Source: Candidatus Eiseniibacteriota bacterium (GTDB taxonomy: Bacteria; Eisenbacteria; RBG-16-71-46). From it: a stretch of DNA of 64,000 nucleotides. The notes beneath the pieces are model-generated. The model saw only the letters and a list, made by a program, of their open reading frames with translations. It was not told the DNA's origin and searched no databases. Shown piece after piece: positions 1 through 9,971 of the stretch. Numbering within the stretch: the first letter of the stretch is position 1; the number at the start of each line of letters is the position of its first letter. The stretch is taken from contig OY970178.1 in the NCBI GenBank assembly GCA_963707915.1, positions 3,104,001 to 3,168,000 on the forward strand. The letters run 5' to 3'. Position numbers and translations under genes: made by a program.

Positions 1-1183
1 CGCCGTCGACGGTGACGTTCAGGTCGGGGAACTCGCGCTCGCGCCGCGAATAGCCGCCGCCCAGGGTGACGCCCTCGCGGGGCTGCACCTGGAGCTTCGC
101 GCGGACCTGCGAGGCCTCGACGTCCTTGAGGAGGGTCAGCTCCTCCTGGTCCTTCTTGACGCGGCTCGCGTAGTCGACCTTGGCGTTCACGACCTTGCCG
201 TAGCGGAATGCCGTCCCGACGCGCCAGTTGTGGTAGCTGGTGAGCGTTTGGTCGTCGTCGTTGGTCTCGTAGCCGTAGCCGCCGCTGAACTGGCCGTACC
301 GATAGAGCCAGGTCGCGTCGAAATCGTTCTGGAATCGGTCGGTCATCAGCCCGCTGGACGGGTCGTCGGTGCGGTTCGCATCGAAGCCGTAGCGGAACCG
401 GAAGGCCTCGACCGGCTCGACCACCCCGGTGTACTGGAAGCTCGACATCGTGAAGTCGCGGTCGCGGTCGGAGTGCGAGCGGGTGCCGTAGGACGCGCGC
501 AGCAGGTGGGTCCACTTGTCGTAGAACAGGCAGGGCGAGTAGAGCCGGGCCGACACCACCTGCCCGTTGCGGTCCGCCGCCGGGACGAGCTCGTCGCGGA
601 AGGCCGACGCGCGCAGGCTGATCGCCCCGCCCCGCCGCCCCTTGTGAACGTCCGCCGCGATCTCGCCGGTCCTCAGCGCGTTGTCGTACCCGCTCCCCAG
701 CACGCTCAGCGTGCCGGACGGGTAGGGCAGGCGGTCGCCGTCGCGCGTCAGGACGCCGAAGCCTCCCGAGAGCCCCAGCCAGGCATTCGGCGTGAACTGG
801 GCGTTCGCCCTCCAGTCCTTGCGTCCGGAGTTGACGAGGCCGCCCGGGGAGAAGATCTGCCGGTGCTGGTCGAAGGCCGAGGTGAGCTTGAAGGTGCCCG
901 GCACGCGGAAGACGAGGTCGCCCTGCCGCGAGTCCAGGTTGAGGTCGCGCAGGTCGAGCGAGAAATAGTGACCGCGATCGAGGGCGCCGCTCAGGCTGAT
1001 CTGGGCGAGGGAGAACCCGTCGTAGATGTTGTAGGTCTCCTGGACGGCGGAGCGGTCGCCGGTCTGGTTCATGATGATGCCGCCCAGCTTCACGGTGCCG
1101 TCCAGCGTGCCGGCCCAGGCGGCGGTCGCGGCCAGCGTGACGGCGAGCGTGACGCATGTGGCCGTAATCTTGGTCGTTCGCAT
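1..1183 (-). CDS. Outer-membrane beta-barrel, MtrB/PioB-like porin partner of the decaheme cytochrome (runs off window start)
   Basis: Not in the ORF track. Translated by hand from ATG 1183: MRTTKITATCVTLAVTLAATAAWAGTLDGTVKLGGIIMNQTGDRSAVQETYNIYDGF..., a signal peptide followed by amphipathic Y/F/G-rich beta-strands. Lies 12 bp downstream of the decaheme gene. Confidence 0.75.
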   Translation of the reverse strand, partial: MRTTKITATCVTLAVTLAATAAWAGTLDGTVKLGGIIMNQTGDRSAVQETYNIYDGFSLAQISLSGALDRGHYFSLDLRDLNLDSRQGDLVFRVPGTFKLTSAFDQHRQIFSPGGLVNSGRKDWRANAQFTPNAWLGLSGGFGVLTRDGDRLPYPSGTLSVLGSGYDNALRTGEIAADVHKGRRGGAISLRASAFRDELVPAADRNGQVVSARLYSPCLFYDKWTHLLRASYGTRSHSDRDRDFTMSSFQYTGVVEPVEAFRFRYGFDANRTDDPSSGLMTDRFQNDFDATWLYRYGQFSGGYGYETNDDDQTLTSYHNWRVGTAFRYGKVVNAKVDYASRVKKDQEELTLLKDVEASQVRAKLQVQPREGVTLGGGYSRREREFPDLNVTVDG

Positions 1184-1195
1184 TCGTGCCCCGTC

Positions 1196-2143
1196 CTAGA
1201 ACTTGTGGTGGCAGCCGACGTTGAAGCAGCCTCGAAGCGACTCGCTCAGGAACAGGCGGCTGGTGTAGGAGCCGTGGATGTCCGTGTGGCAGTCATTGCA
1301 GGGCATGCCCGCCCATCTCGTCCCGTGCATCGGGTTCGAGTTGTGCCGCGGGACCGAGTGGCACTGCGTGCACAGCTGGAAGTGGGGCGCCTCGTAGGGC
1401 TGCTTGAGCATCCGCGGCAGGTTCGAGCCGTGGGGCTCGTGGCAGGTCACGCAGCCGCCCTCCTCCGTCGAGTAGTCGAGGGTCGCCGGGTGCTCGTAGG
1501 GGAACGGCCCCTCGAACTCGGCATGGCACTTCATGCAGACGTTCGTGCCGTTGGTCGCCAGCTGGCGGCGCGTGGCGTCGAGGGTCAGGTGACACTCGCT
1601 GCACTTGACGATGCCGTCGTTCACCGGGTGCCGGTACGACCGGGAGAACTGCCCTTCGACGTCCTTGTGGCAGCCCAGGCACAGGCCGCTCTCGGCCTGC
1701 TTGAGCAGCGCCGGGTGCTTCGACGCGTGGACACTGTGGCACGTGCTGCAGTTGAGGTCGTTCGCCGCGTGGGCGTTCTTCTCGAGCATGTTCTGCTGGT
1801 GCGCGTTCTGGTGGCACCCCGAGCACACGCGCGCCTCGGCCGCCGCGCCGCTCTTCGAGGGGTTGGCCATCGGGTACTGGGCCGGGTCCTCGTCCCAGTG
1901 GCGGCTGTCGCCGGCATGGCAGTCCGTGCAGGCGACGCGCGCCGTCGGACCGTCCAGCCCGCCGGCCGGCATCCGGTGCCCGGTGGTGGCGAGGGTCAGG
2001 TCCTGGCCGGTGTGGCAGGCGAGGCACGCCTGGCTGACGCGGGGCTTGCCCTGCGCCGCGGGAGCGCCATTCGCCACGGCGAACGACGCGACCAGCACGA
2101 CGCAGGCGATCAGCATCGAGGACGCGGATCGGCATGAAGTCAT
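1196..2143 (-). CDS. MtrA/DmsE-family periplasmic decaheme cytochrome c
   Basis: Signal peptide; 10 CxxCH motifs; family-like motifs GPFPYEH...CVTCHEPHGS and CNDCHTDIHGS; extra C-terminal CX4CH (CFNVGCH). Start could be 2143 or 2116. Confidence 0.85.
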   Translation of the reverse strand: MTSCRSASSMLIACVVLVASFAVANGAPAAQGKPRVSQACLACHTGQDLTLATTGHRMPAGGLDGPTARVACTDCHAGDSRHWDEDPAQYPMANPSKSGAAAEARVCSGCHQNAHQQNMLEKNAHAANDLNCSTCHSVHASKHPALLKQAESGLCLGCHKDVEGQFSRSYRHPVNDGIVKCSECHLTLDATRRQLATNGTNVCMKCHAEFEGPFPYEHPATLDYSTEEGGCVTCHEPHGSNLPRMLKQPYEAPHFQLCTQCHSVPRHNSNPMHGTRWAGMPCNDCHTDIHGSYTSRLFLSESLRGCFNVGCHHKF

Positions 2144-2587
2144 GTGGGGCGTTGGCAACGCGACTCCTTCCGAGAGTGGGTCCGGAATGCGACTTCCGTA
2201 TCGCTGCGTCGTGAGCGGCACCAGGTGGCGGCCCGACCGGTTGATGGGGCGCGTGATGGCGGCTCGCGGCCGAAAGGCATTCGCGTCGGGCTCGGAGGTG
2301 GAGACGTCCGGAGCTTGTCAGGCCCGCTTCCGCAATGCCGTGTTCGTGATCGTGGATCGAGCGCCATCCCTGCGCGCATGACGTGCACTATAGCGCAGAA
2401 CGAAAGCGAAGTCTCCGTAGTAATACCGACCCACCTATCATCGCCCCGCCCCGGGGAATCTTGAGCGATATCGGCGTCCGCATGACGCTTCCGTCGATTC
2501 GGCCGCGCGGTCAAGTTGCGTCCGGCTAAACACGGTGGCGTCGATGGATTCCGCAATGGTGGCCTCATCCGCCCGAGGGGCGGGCCG

Positions 2588-3634
2588 TCAGCTGCCCGTG
2601 GTGTCGGGCGGCGTCGTGTCCTGCGGCAGGGCGAGCACCTGGAGCCGGCCGAGCGCGCGCTCGGTGATGGCGACGAGCCCCCGGCCGTCGGTCACGAACG
2701 AGGTCGGGTAGGAGACCTCGCCGGGAGCCGTGCCCTCGCCCGTGGCCAGGGTGAGGAAGCCGCCGGCGTGGTCGAAGACCTGCACGCTCTGGCGGATCTC
2801 GTCGCACACCCAGATGCGGCCGTCCCGCGTGCCCAGCACCCCCGACGGCAGCGAGATGTTGCCCGGCCCCATCTCGTGCGTCGCGAAGCCGCGCAGGTAG
2901 GCGCCCTCGCCGGTGAACACCTGCACGCCGAGGTCCGTGCGCGCGCAGGTCACCGCCAGCGTGCTGTCCGGCATGACGGCCAGCGCGGTCACGCTGTGCA
3001 GGCGGCCCGGGCCGCTCCCGGGCTCGCCCCAGGAGCCGGCGCGGGAGTAGTCGGCGGCGAAGCGGTGGATCCGGGAGCCCTCTCCGGAACTGGCCACGTA
3101 GATGGTGCCGTCGGGGCCGACGGCGAGGGCGATCGGCCGCTCGCCGGGAAGGTCCAGGCGCCGCAGCGGGCGGCCGCGACGGTCGAGGACGTCCACGTAC
3201 GACGCCGAGTTGTCCGCCACGAGCAGGCGCCCCGCGCGGTCGAAGGCCAGCGCGCAGGGCTCGCCGTCCACCAGCCCGCCGTCGGGACCGGCGACCCGGT
3301 GGACGAACCAGGTGAGGGCGCGCCCGGTCTTCGAGAAGACCTCGATCCGGTGGGCGCCGGTGTTGGCGACGTAGATCGCCCCGTCGAGCGGATCGAACGC
3401 CGCCCCGCGCGGCCGGCTCAGGTTGGTGCCGTCCGCGTAACCCCAGATGACCAGCCTAGGGGTGAGCAGGCGCGGGGCCGCGGCGACCGCGGCCAGCGCG
3501 CACGCGAGCAGCGCGGCCGCCAGCCCCGGGGCGAAGACGTGGCGCCGGACCCGTGCGCTGCGGAGCACCGCGCCCGCTCGGAGGCCGGGCTTCGCCCGGG
3601 CCCCCGGCTTCTCCTCGAGCGTCGCACGCGTCAC
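2588..3634 (-). CDS. NHL-repeat beta-propeller protein with N-terminal membrane anchor/signal
   Basis: Repeated NHL motifs (PRGAAFDP..GAIYVANTGAHRIEVF; PCALAFDRAGRLLVADN; PSGV..DGRIWVCDE..QSVQVFD); GTG start with GAAAGGTG RBS. Confidence 0.8.
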   Translation of the reverse strand: MTRATLEEKPGARAKPGLRAGAVLRSARVRRHVFAPGLAAALLACALAAVAAAPRLLTPRLVIWGYADGTNLSRPRGAAFDPLDGAIYVANTGAHRIEVFSKTGRALTWFVHRVAGPDGGLVDGEPCALAFDRAGRLLVADNSASYVDVLDRRGRPLRRLDLPGERPIALAVGPDGTIYVASSGEGSRIHRFAADYSRAGSWGEPGSGPGRLHSVTALAVMPDSTLAVTCARTDLGVQVFTGEGAYLRGFATHEMGPGNISLPSGVLGTRDGRIWVCDEIRQSVQVFDHAGGFLTLATGEGTAPGEVSYPTSFVTDGRGLVAITERALGRLQVLALPQDTTPPDTTGS

Positions 3635-3998
3635 GGGGCACGCACCTTTCTGCGGTCGGGCTGGCCCGGGCTCGCCGCCGGGGCGAGGCGGCACGGGGAT
3701 CGAGTCCCTTCGGGTCCGCCCATCGGCGCAGACACTACGGTCAGCCTCGCCCGCTGGCAACGCACGCCCCGCGGCGCCACCCGCGGCCGGGCGTTGACGC
3801 GCCTCGACCCCGGCCCCTATGTTGCCGCCGGCCGCGCGGCGGCCCGCAGGGTGCCGGCCCGGGCGGCCGCACGGAGACCACGCCATGACCAGGAACGGGG
3901 CGGTCCATGACCCGCAGGGCGGCAATCCGAGGGGAGCTCGGGACGTGGCCATCGCCGAGCGCGAGCCGGTCCGGCGCGGCGGCGGGCGGGATCACCTG

Positions 3999-5594
3999 AT
4001 GCCTCGCCGGGCGTCCGTGCTGGTCGCGCTCCTGGCGCTCGCGGTCTACCTGCCCCTCTGCCCGCCGGTGTCGGGGGTCGGGGACGGGAGCGAGTTCACC
4101 CTGGTGCTCGCCACGAACGGGGTCGCCCACCCCACCGGCTACCCCCTGTACGTCCTGCTGGGGCACCTGTTCTGCGTGCTCCTGCACGCGCTGGGCGTGT
4201 CCTGGCCGCTGGCTGCCAACGCCTGGAGCGCGGTCGGGGCCGCGGTGGCCATCGGCTTCCTGCACGCGCTCGGAACGGAGCTCGTCCGGCTCGCCACGCC
4301 GGGCCTGGCGGGGACCGCCCGCTTCGTCGCGGCGCTCGTGCCGGCGGCCCTGATCGCGTTCCAGCCCATCCTGCTGGGAGTGGCGACGTCGGCCGAGGTG
4401 AACAGCTGGAGCCTGGCCTGGGTCTGTGCGGCGGCCTGGGCCTTCCTGCGGCTGTCGGCCGCGGTGGCGCGCGACGGGGGCCCCGAGCCCTCGCCCGGCC
4501 GTGCGGCCGCCCTCTGGGGGCTGGTCTGCGGCCTCGGGTTGGCGCACCACCTCACCTCCGTGGTGGTGGCGCTGCCGCTCTCGGCGGGCCTGGTCGTGCT
4601 GCTCGCCCGGCGGCGGCGTCTTGGGCCCGGTCTGCTGTTCCGGGCCGCCGCGGCGGCGCTGGTCCCGCTCGCGAGCTACGGGATCATCGCCTGGCGCGCC
4701 TGGCACCCGGCCCGGGTGCAGTGGCCGGCGCTGGTCCCGGGAGCGGCCTCGGTGCTCGAGCACATCAGCGGAGCGCAGTACCGCCACTTCCTCGGCTACT
4801 TCGACCCGGCCGCCGACCACCGCGCGTTGCTGGCGCGCGCGGGCTATCCATTCCTCGTCCCGGGGTTGGCGCTGCTCCTGCTCGGTGTCCTGCGCGAGCG
4901 GCGGCCGGAGCGGCGGGTGGCGTGGGCGGCGCTCCTGGCCGCCGCGCTGTCGTCGGCCCTCTTCGCCTTCCGCTACGGGGTTCCCGACCCGGCGCCGTAC
5001 TTCCTGCCGGCGATGGCGCTGGGCGCGGCCGCGGCCGCGCCCACGGTGGCGAGCCTGGCGGGCGGGGCCGGGCGCGAGCGGGCGCTTCGCCTGGGCGTGA
5101 TGGGTCTGGCCGCGCTCGCCCTGGTCGTCCCCTGGATCCGCGGCGGGCTGGCGGAGCGCCGCGGACTGATCGAGAACGAGGCCATGCTCCGCTCGATGTG
5201 GTCCGCCGTGCCGTCGGACACGGCCATCGTCCTGTGGCCCGACGACCGCTTCATCCACCTGGTCGAGTACCAGATCCTGCGCGGCGAGAAGCCCGCGCTG
5301 TGGATCGCCACGCCGGACATGCTGCTGGAGGCCGCCACGCGCGCCGAGCTGCGGGGGCGCTTCGGGACCGACCCGCTCGAGGGGGTGCGCGTTCCCACGG
5401 TTCGCCCCGGCTTGCCGGACGAGGCGGCGACCATCCAGCGGTCGCTCGCCGCCATCGTCAGGAACCTGAACGCCCGCACGCGCGTCCCGGTGATCTGGTT
5501 CGACCCGGGCGTGCCCGAGGTGCGGCAGTTGCGCAAGCCCTGGGAGCCGGTGGAAGGCTCCGGCGCGCGTCCCGCCACGCTCCTGTCGCCGTAG
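3999..5594 (+). CDS. DUF2723/TMEM260-like membrane glycosyltransferase (GT-C fold)
   Basis: GDGSEF...GVAHPTGYPLYVLLGHLF and TSAEVNS motifs, many TM helices. Alternative starts at 3885 and 3945. Confidence 0.75.
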   Translation: MPRRASVLVALLALAVYLPLCPPVSGVGDGSEFTLVLATNGVAHPTGYPLYVLLGHLFCVLLHALGVSWPLAANAWSAVGAAVAIGFLHALGTELVRLATPGLAGTARFVAALVPAALIAFQPILLGVATSAEVNSWSLAWVCAAAWAFLRLSAAVARDGGPEPSPGRAAALWGLVCGLGLAHHLTSVVVALPLSAGLVVLLARRRRLGPGLLFRAAAAALVPLASYGIIAWRAWHPARVQWPALVPGAASVLEHISGAQYRHFLGYFDPAADHRALLARAGYPFLVPGLALLLLGVLRERRPERRVAWAALLAAALSSALFAFRYGVPDPAPYFLPAMALGAAAAAPTVASLAGGAGRERALRLGVMGLAALALVVPWIRGGLAERRGLIENEAMLRSMWSAVPSDTAIVLWPDDRFIHLVEYQILRGEKPALWIATPDMLLEAATRAELRGRFGTDPLEGVRVPTVRPGLPDEAATIQRSLAAIVRNLNARTRVPVIWFDPGVPEVRQLRKPWEPVEGSGARPATLLSP

Positions 5595-5657
5595 CCACGT
5601 CCGGCGCCCTGCCCGCACCGGCCGCCCCGGGGATCAGGTGGCCGGTGCGGCGCGCCC

Positions 5658-8600
5658 TCAGTCGCGCTTCGGCCCCATGGAGGGGTCGTGGCACTGGATG
5701 CACAGCTCCCGGGTCGGCTCGTGCGTCAGCAGGGAAGGCTGGTCGCTCGAGTGGGGCAGGTGGCAGCCGACGCAGTCGAGCGGCTCGTTGGTGCGCGGGT
5801 CCACGCCTCCCGAGACCTTGTGGAAGTGCTTGGACGTGTCCGAGTGGCACTGCCGGCACAGCGTGTCCACGTCCTCGGTGAGCAGCTTCTTGTGCTTCCC
5901 GCTGTGGGGATCGTGGCACGTCGCGCAGCCCTGCCCGAGCGCGGCGTGCACGTTCTTCCGGCGGAACGGGCGGGGATCGTGGCACTGGAAGCAGAGCTTC
6001 TCGCCCGCGCGCTTCAGCACGCCGGTCGCCATGCCCGCGTGCGCTCCGTGGCAGGAAAGGCAGGCCTCGCGCGACTGCAGCGGCGCGTGGACGACGGGCG
6101 CGGAGAGCCACGCTTTCTGCCCCTCGTGGCAGCGGAAGCACAGGTCGGGCACCGGCTGAGTCGTCGCCCCGGTCTTGCGCTCGCCATGACACTCGACGCA
6201 CCTGCGCTGCGCGAAGGGCATGTGCGAGACGGGCTTGAGCATGCCGGGCCGGCCCGTCGCTCCGACGTGCGGATCGTGGCAGTCCACGCAGTTGGCCTTC
6301 GCGAGGGCGAAGCCCTGGTGCTTCGCCAGGAGCCCCTGCTTCTCGATCGAGTGGCAGGCGGTGCAGAGCGCGGCCCCCTGGCGCTTCGTCATGCCGGGCT
6401 CGTCGGTGCCGTGGCTCGCGTGGCAGGTCGAGCAGAGCCCCATGGCGACCGGCGCGTGGGGCTTGCCCTGCGCGATGCGGGTCTGCAGGTCCGCGTGGCA
6501 GGTGAAGCACAGCGCGCCGGTGCGCTGCTTCAGCAGCGCCGGGTTGGCGCTCTCGTGCGGCTCGTGGCAGGTCGCGCACTGGCCCGCGGCCGCGGGCGGG
6601 TGCCCGTGCTTGAGCCGGGCGTCGGCGACGGCCCCGGCATGGCACCGGACGCACAGCCGGATGGGCTGGGTGACCAGCAGCGCCGCGCGGTCGGAGGCGT
6701 GCGGCGTGTGGCAGGCGACGCAATCGCCCTTCGCGACCGGCGGATGCACGTGGCCGGCGGCCGCGCCCTGCGGTGTGGCCTTCTTCTTCGGGATCTGGTG
6801 GCACGAGGCGCACAGCGTGGCCGCCGGGCGCGCCAGGTTCAGGGCCCCGGGCGCGCCGGTCTTCCCGTGGCACTTGGTGCACTCCTTCGACCCGAAGAAC
6901 GGGTGTTCGCGGGCCGCCAGCAGGCCGGCCGACTTGGACGCGTGCGGGGTGTGGCACGAGAGGCAGTCGACCGCGGTCAGCGTGGCGCCGCCGTGTTTCC
7001 GGGTGAGGTCCGCGTCCTCCAGGTCGTGGCAGTCGCCGCACAGCGCGGGCACCTTCTTCGTCAGGGCGGGCGCCGCCACGCCGCCGTGGGGATCGTGGCA
7101 GGAGAGGCACTCGCCGCTCTCCACCGGGGGATGCACGGTGTCCCCTTCCTTGCCGATGCCGCCGTGGCACCGGGTGCACAGGGCGTTGGGCTCGTCGCGC
7201 AGCAGGGCCGCCCGCGACCCGCCGTGGGGCTCGTGGCAGGCCGCGCACTGCCCGGCCGCGGCCGGGGTGTGGGGTGCGGGGCCCTTGATCTTCGCGGCGA
7301 TGTCGGCGTGGCACTTGGTGCAGAGGGTGGCCCCGCCGGTCGCGAGCAGGCGGTTGGTGAGCCCGCCGTGGGCGCCGTGGCACTCGAGGCACTGCCCGGC
7401 GGCTGCCGGCGCGTGCGGATGGGACGCCTTGGCCGCCATCACCTCCTGGCCGTGGCAGGGCGCGCAGATCTTCGCCGGCTCGCCGCGCAGCAGCTTGCCC
7501 TGGCCCGACTGGTGCGGGTCGTGGCAGGCGGTGCACTGGCCGGAGCGGAACGGCGGGTGCACCTCGAGGCCGACGAGCTTCTGCGCCAGGTCGGCGTGGC
7601 AGGTCCGGCAGAGCGCGCGCATGTCCTTGCGCAGGAGCCGCTCCTCGGCCGCCGAGTGGGGGGCGTGACAGCGCAGGCAGTCCTTCTTCGCGAACGGCGG
7701 GTGCGTCCCGGCGCTGTCGGCGCGGGCCCCGAGGTCCTTGTGGCAGTCGAGGCACATCGCGCCGTCGGCGGTCTTCAGGAGGTGCTCGCGGTCGGATCCG
7801 TGCGGCTGGTGGCAGCCGGCGCAGTCGCCGGCCGCGAACGCCTTGTGGACCACCGGCTGCTTCAGCGCTTCGGCGAGCTGGTCGTGGCACTGGCCGCAGA
7901 GTTCCAGCGGCTTCGACTTGAGCAGGCCCCGGGCGACCCCGCGGTGCGGGTCGTGGCAGGTGAGGCACTCGCCGCCCGCCGCCGGCGGGTGGGGCGTGGG
8001 TTTCTGGGACGCGGTCCGCACGTCGTCGTGGCAGGTGAAGCACAGCTCCGGCACCTCGGTGACGAGCTTCGCGCCCGCCTTGCCGTCCTCCATCGTGTGG
8101 CAGGCGTCGCAGCTGCCCTCGGCCGCGGGCGCGTGCGCGGTCTCGCGCCGGAGCGCGGTCTCGGTCGAGGCGTGCGGGTCGTGGCAGTCGAGGCAGGCCA
8201 GCCCGGCGACCGTGAGCTTCGCGTGCGCGGTGGCCGTGTCGGCGGGCTTGTGGCACGTCGCGCAGAGCTGGTCGGCCGGGCCGCGGAGCAGCCCGGCGTC
8301 CTTCGAACCGTGGGCGTCGTGGCACGCGTAGCAGTCGCCCCGGGCAAAGACCGCGTGCACGTGCGGCTTCTTCGCCTGGGCCGCGGCCTCCTCGTGACAG
8401 GGGAAGCAGGTGGCTTGCGGGCCCCCGGCGCGCAGCAGCCGCGGCTGGTCGGAGGCGTGCGGATCGTGGCAGGAGAGGCACTTGCCCTGTTCGTAGGCGG
8501 CGTGCGCGTGCTCGGGCTTCGCGGCCGTCTTCAGGGCGTCATGGCAGCCGAAGCACAGCTCCGGCGCCGGCTTCACCAGGATCAGCTTCTGCAGGAAGCC

Positions 8601-8819
8601 GTGGCTCTTGTGGCAGGCCGCGCAGTCCACCTTCGCGACCGGCGCGTGAACGAACTTCCTCGACCCGTAGTCCTGCTTCGCGTCCTTGTGGCAGTCGTAG
8701 CAGGGACGGCCCTTCGGCACCGGCTTCGCGGCGTCGACGTGTCCGGGCAGCAGCAGCGGGACGGCGCCGAGCAGTGCTGCCGCGAACAGCGCGCGCAGGA
8801 GACGGGCGGGGCGGCTCAT
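5658..8819 (-). CDS. Giant multiheme cytochrome c, 42 CxxCH motifs in paired (doubled) CxxCH repeats
   Basis: Counted 42 CxxCH motifs in 1053 aa; repeat unit H-x-P-x(4-5)-CxxCHxxH-x~15-LCxxCH; N-terminal signal peptide. Confidence 0.92.
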   Translation of the reverse strand: MSRPARLLRALFAAALLGAVPLLLPGHVDAAKPVPKGRPCYDCHKDAKQDYGSRKFVHAPVAKVDCAACHKSHGFLQKLILVKPAPELCFGCHDALKTAAKPEHAHAAYEQGKCLSCHDPHASDQPRLLRAGGPQATCFPCHEEAAAQAKKPHVHAVFARGDCYACHDAHGSKDAGLLRGPADQLCATCHKPADTATAHAKLTVAGLACLDCHDPHASTETALRRETAHAPAAEGSCDACHTMEDGKAGAKLVTEVPELCFTCHDDVRTASQKPTPHPPAAGGECLTCHDPHRGVARGLLKSKPLELCGQCHDQLAEALKQPVVHKAFAAGDCAGCHQPHGSDREHLLKTADGAMCLDCHKDLGARADSAGTHPPFAKKDCLRCHAPHSAAEERLLRKDMRALCRTCHADLAQKLVGLEVHPPFRSGQCTACHDPHQSGQGKLLRGEPAKICAPCHGQEVMAAKASHPHAPAAAGQCLECHGAHGGLTNRLLATGGATLCTKCHADIAAKIKGPAPHTPAAAGQCAACHEPHGGSRAALLRDEPNALCTRCHGGIGKEGDTVHPPVESGECLSCHDPHGGVAAPALTKKVPALCGDCHDLEDADLTRKHGGATLTAVDCLSCHTPHASKSAGLLAAREHPFFGSKECTKCHGKTGAPGALNLARPAATLCASCHQIPKKKATPQGAAAGHVHPPVAKGDCVACHTPHASDRAALLVTQPIRLCVRCHAGAVADARLKHGHPPAAAGQCATCHEPHESANPALLKQRTGALCFTCHADLQTRIAQGKPHAPVAMGLCSTCHASHGTDEPGMTKRQGAALCTACHSIEKQGLLAKHQGFALAKANCVDCHDPHVGATGRPGMLKPVSHMPFAQRRCVECHGERKTGATTQPVPDLCFRCHEGQKAWLSAPVVHAPLQSREACLSCHGAHAGMATGVLKRAGEKLCFQCHDPRPFRRKNVHAALGQGCATCHDPHSGKHKKLLTEDVDTLCRQCHSDTSKHFHKVSGGVDPRTNEPLDCVGCHLPHSSDQPSLLTHEPTRELCIQCHDPSMGPKRD

Positions 8820-9340
8820 CGCGCGGACACGGTGTCGTGGCCGGCCGGCCGCGTCGGGGGCGCGGTGGGCGGGCTCGCCGGGGCGACGGCCGACGTGTCG
8901 ACCATGATCGGCGCCCGCCCGGTGAACTCGACCTTGACCACCTGGAAGGCGAACATGGACTTGCGCGCGAAGTGGGGCGGCATCTTGAGCAGCGCCCAGG
9001 TCGTGTCCTGCGGCGCCTTCTTCTGGAAGACGATGATGCGGAAGGCGGGGTTGTCGGGCTGGTCGGACTTCGACATGATCTTGCGGGTGGTGAGGTCCAT
9101 GGTGAAGTCGGGCACGTACTCGACCACGCGCGCCGAGAAGTCGGTGTCACCGAGGATGAAGTCCTGCTTCAGCTTCACCCGCTGCAGGTCGCGGAAGTCG
9201 TGGAAGACGCGATGCCGCACCAGCAGCGTCACGGCGTCCAGCCGCGCCCCGCCCGCGGCCGCCGGCGGCTTCACCTGCGCCTGGGACGGGAGGACCGCGA
9301 CGAGTCCGATCAGGAGCCCGAGCCACCACGTGCGTCTCAT
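8816..9340 (-). CDS. Exported protein with a ResB/DUF2155-like PDF..S.S..P.NPA motif
   Basis: Signal peptide MRRTWWLGLLIGLVAVLPSQA; motif VVEYVPDFTMD...SKSDQPDNPAFRI; ATGA overlaps with both neighbours. Confidence 0.6.
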   Translation of the reverse strand: MRRTWWLGLLIGLVAVLPSQAQVKPPAAAGGARLDAVTLLVRHRVFHDFRDLQRVKLKQDFILGDTDFSARVVEYVPDFTMDLTTRKIMSKSDQPDNPAFRIIVFQKKAPQDTTWALLKMPPHFARKSMFAFQVVKVEFTGRAPIMVDTSAVAPASPPTAPPTRPAGHDTVSAR

Positions 9341-9969
9341 CTGGATCCTTCCTTGCGGGGGCCCGGCGCGCGGCGCGCGCCCGCCACCCTGAAGTCGCCG
9401 AGCATGTCCTGGGCGAGCAGCGAGACCAGCCGTTCCGTGCTCATGACCCGTCCCCAGCCGAACAGCGTCTCGTGGTCCTCGCCGGAGCGGAAGTGCACAC
9501 CGGCCCACAGGACCCGGCCGCTCGCGGCCTCGACCAGCCGCAGCGTGCCGCCCACGGCGGGCACGTCCAGGTCGCCGCTGCGCAACCGTCCGCTCTCGAG
9601 CACGCTGCCCATCAGCAGGTAGGGGGCGCGCAGGGCCTCGCCCAGCTCGCGGACCTGCGCCGGCGTGAGCGAGCCGCCCGAACGGATGCCCAGCGAGTCC
9701 ATCGCCTCGTCCACCTGCCCGGGCTCGGCCATCTCGAGGGCGCCGCTGGCGACCAGCTGGGCGAAGAACACCTTGCTGAAGAGCGCGCCCTGCTCCTCGC
9801 GGCCCGCGAGGTTCTCGAACGGCACGAGCGCGGCGCGCGGGTGGTCCGCGGGCACGGTGCCTCCGGCGGAGCGACGCAGGGCCGGTGCGCTCCCGGCGCA
9901 CAGCACCGCCAGGCCGGCGAGGACGGCGAGCCGCAGCCCGATCGCGATGCGCCCGTGACGTCGAGCCAT
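9337..9969 (-). CDS. CsgG/HfaB/PelC-like exported protein
   Basis: ALVPFENLAG...LGEALRAPYLLMGSV...VGGTLRLVEAASGRVLW matches the CsgG/TolB-N/LpoB-like alpha/beta fold pattern. Confidence 0.6.
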   Translation of the reverse strand: MARRHGRIAIGLRLAVLAGLAVLCAGSAPALRRSAGGTVPADHPRAALVPFENLAGREEQGALFSKVFFAQLVASGALEMAEPGQVDEAMDSLGIRSGGSLTPAQVRELGEALRAPYLLMGSVLESGRLRSGDLDVPAVGGTLRLVEAASGRVLWAGVHFRSGEDHETLFGWGRVMSTERLVSLLAQDMLGDFRVAGARRAPGPRKEGSR

Positions 9970-9971
9970 GG

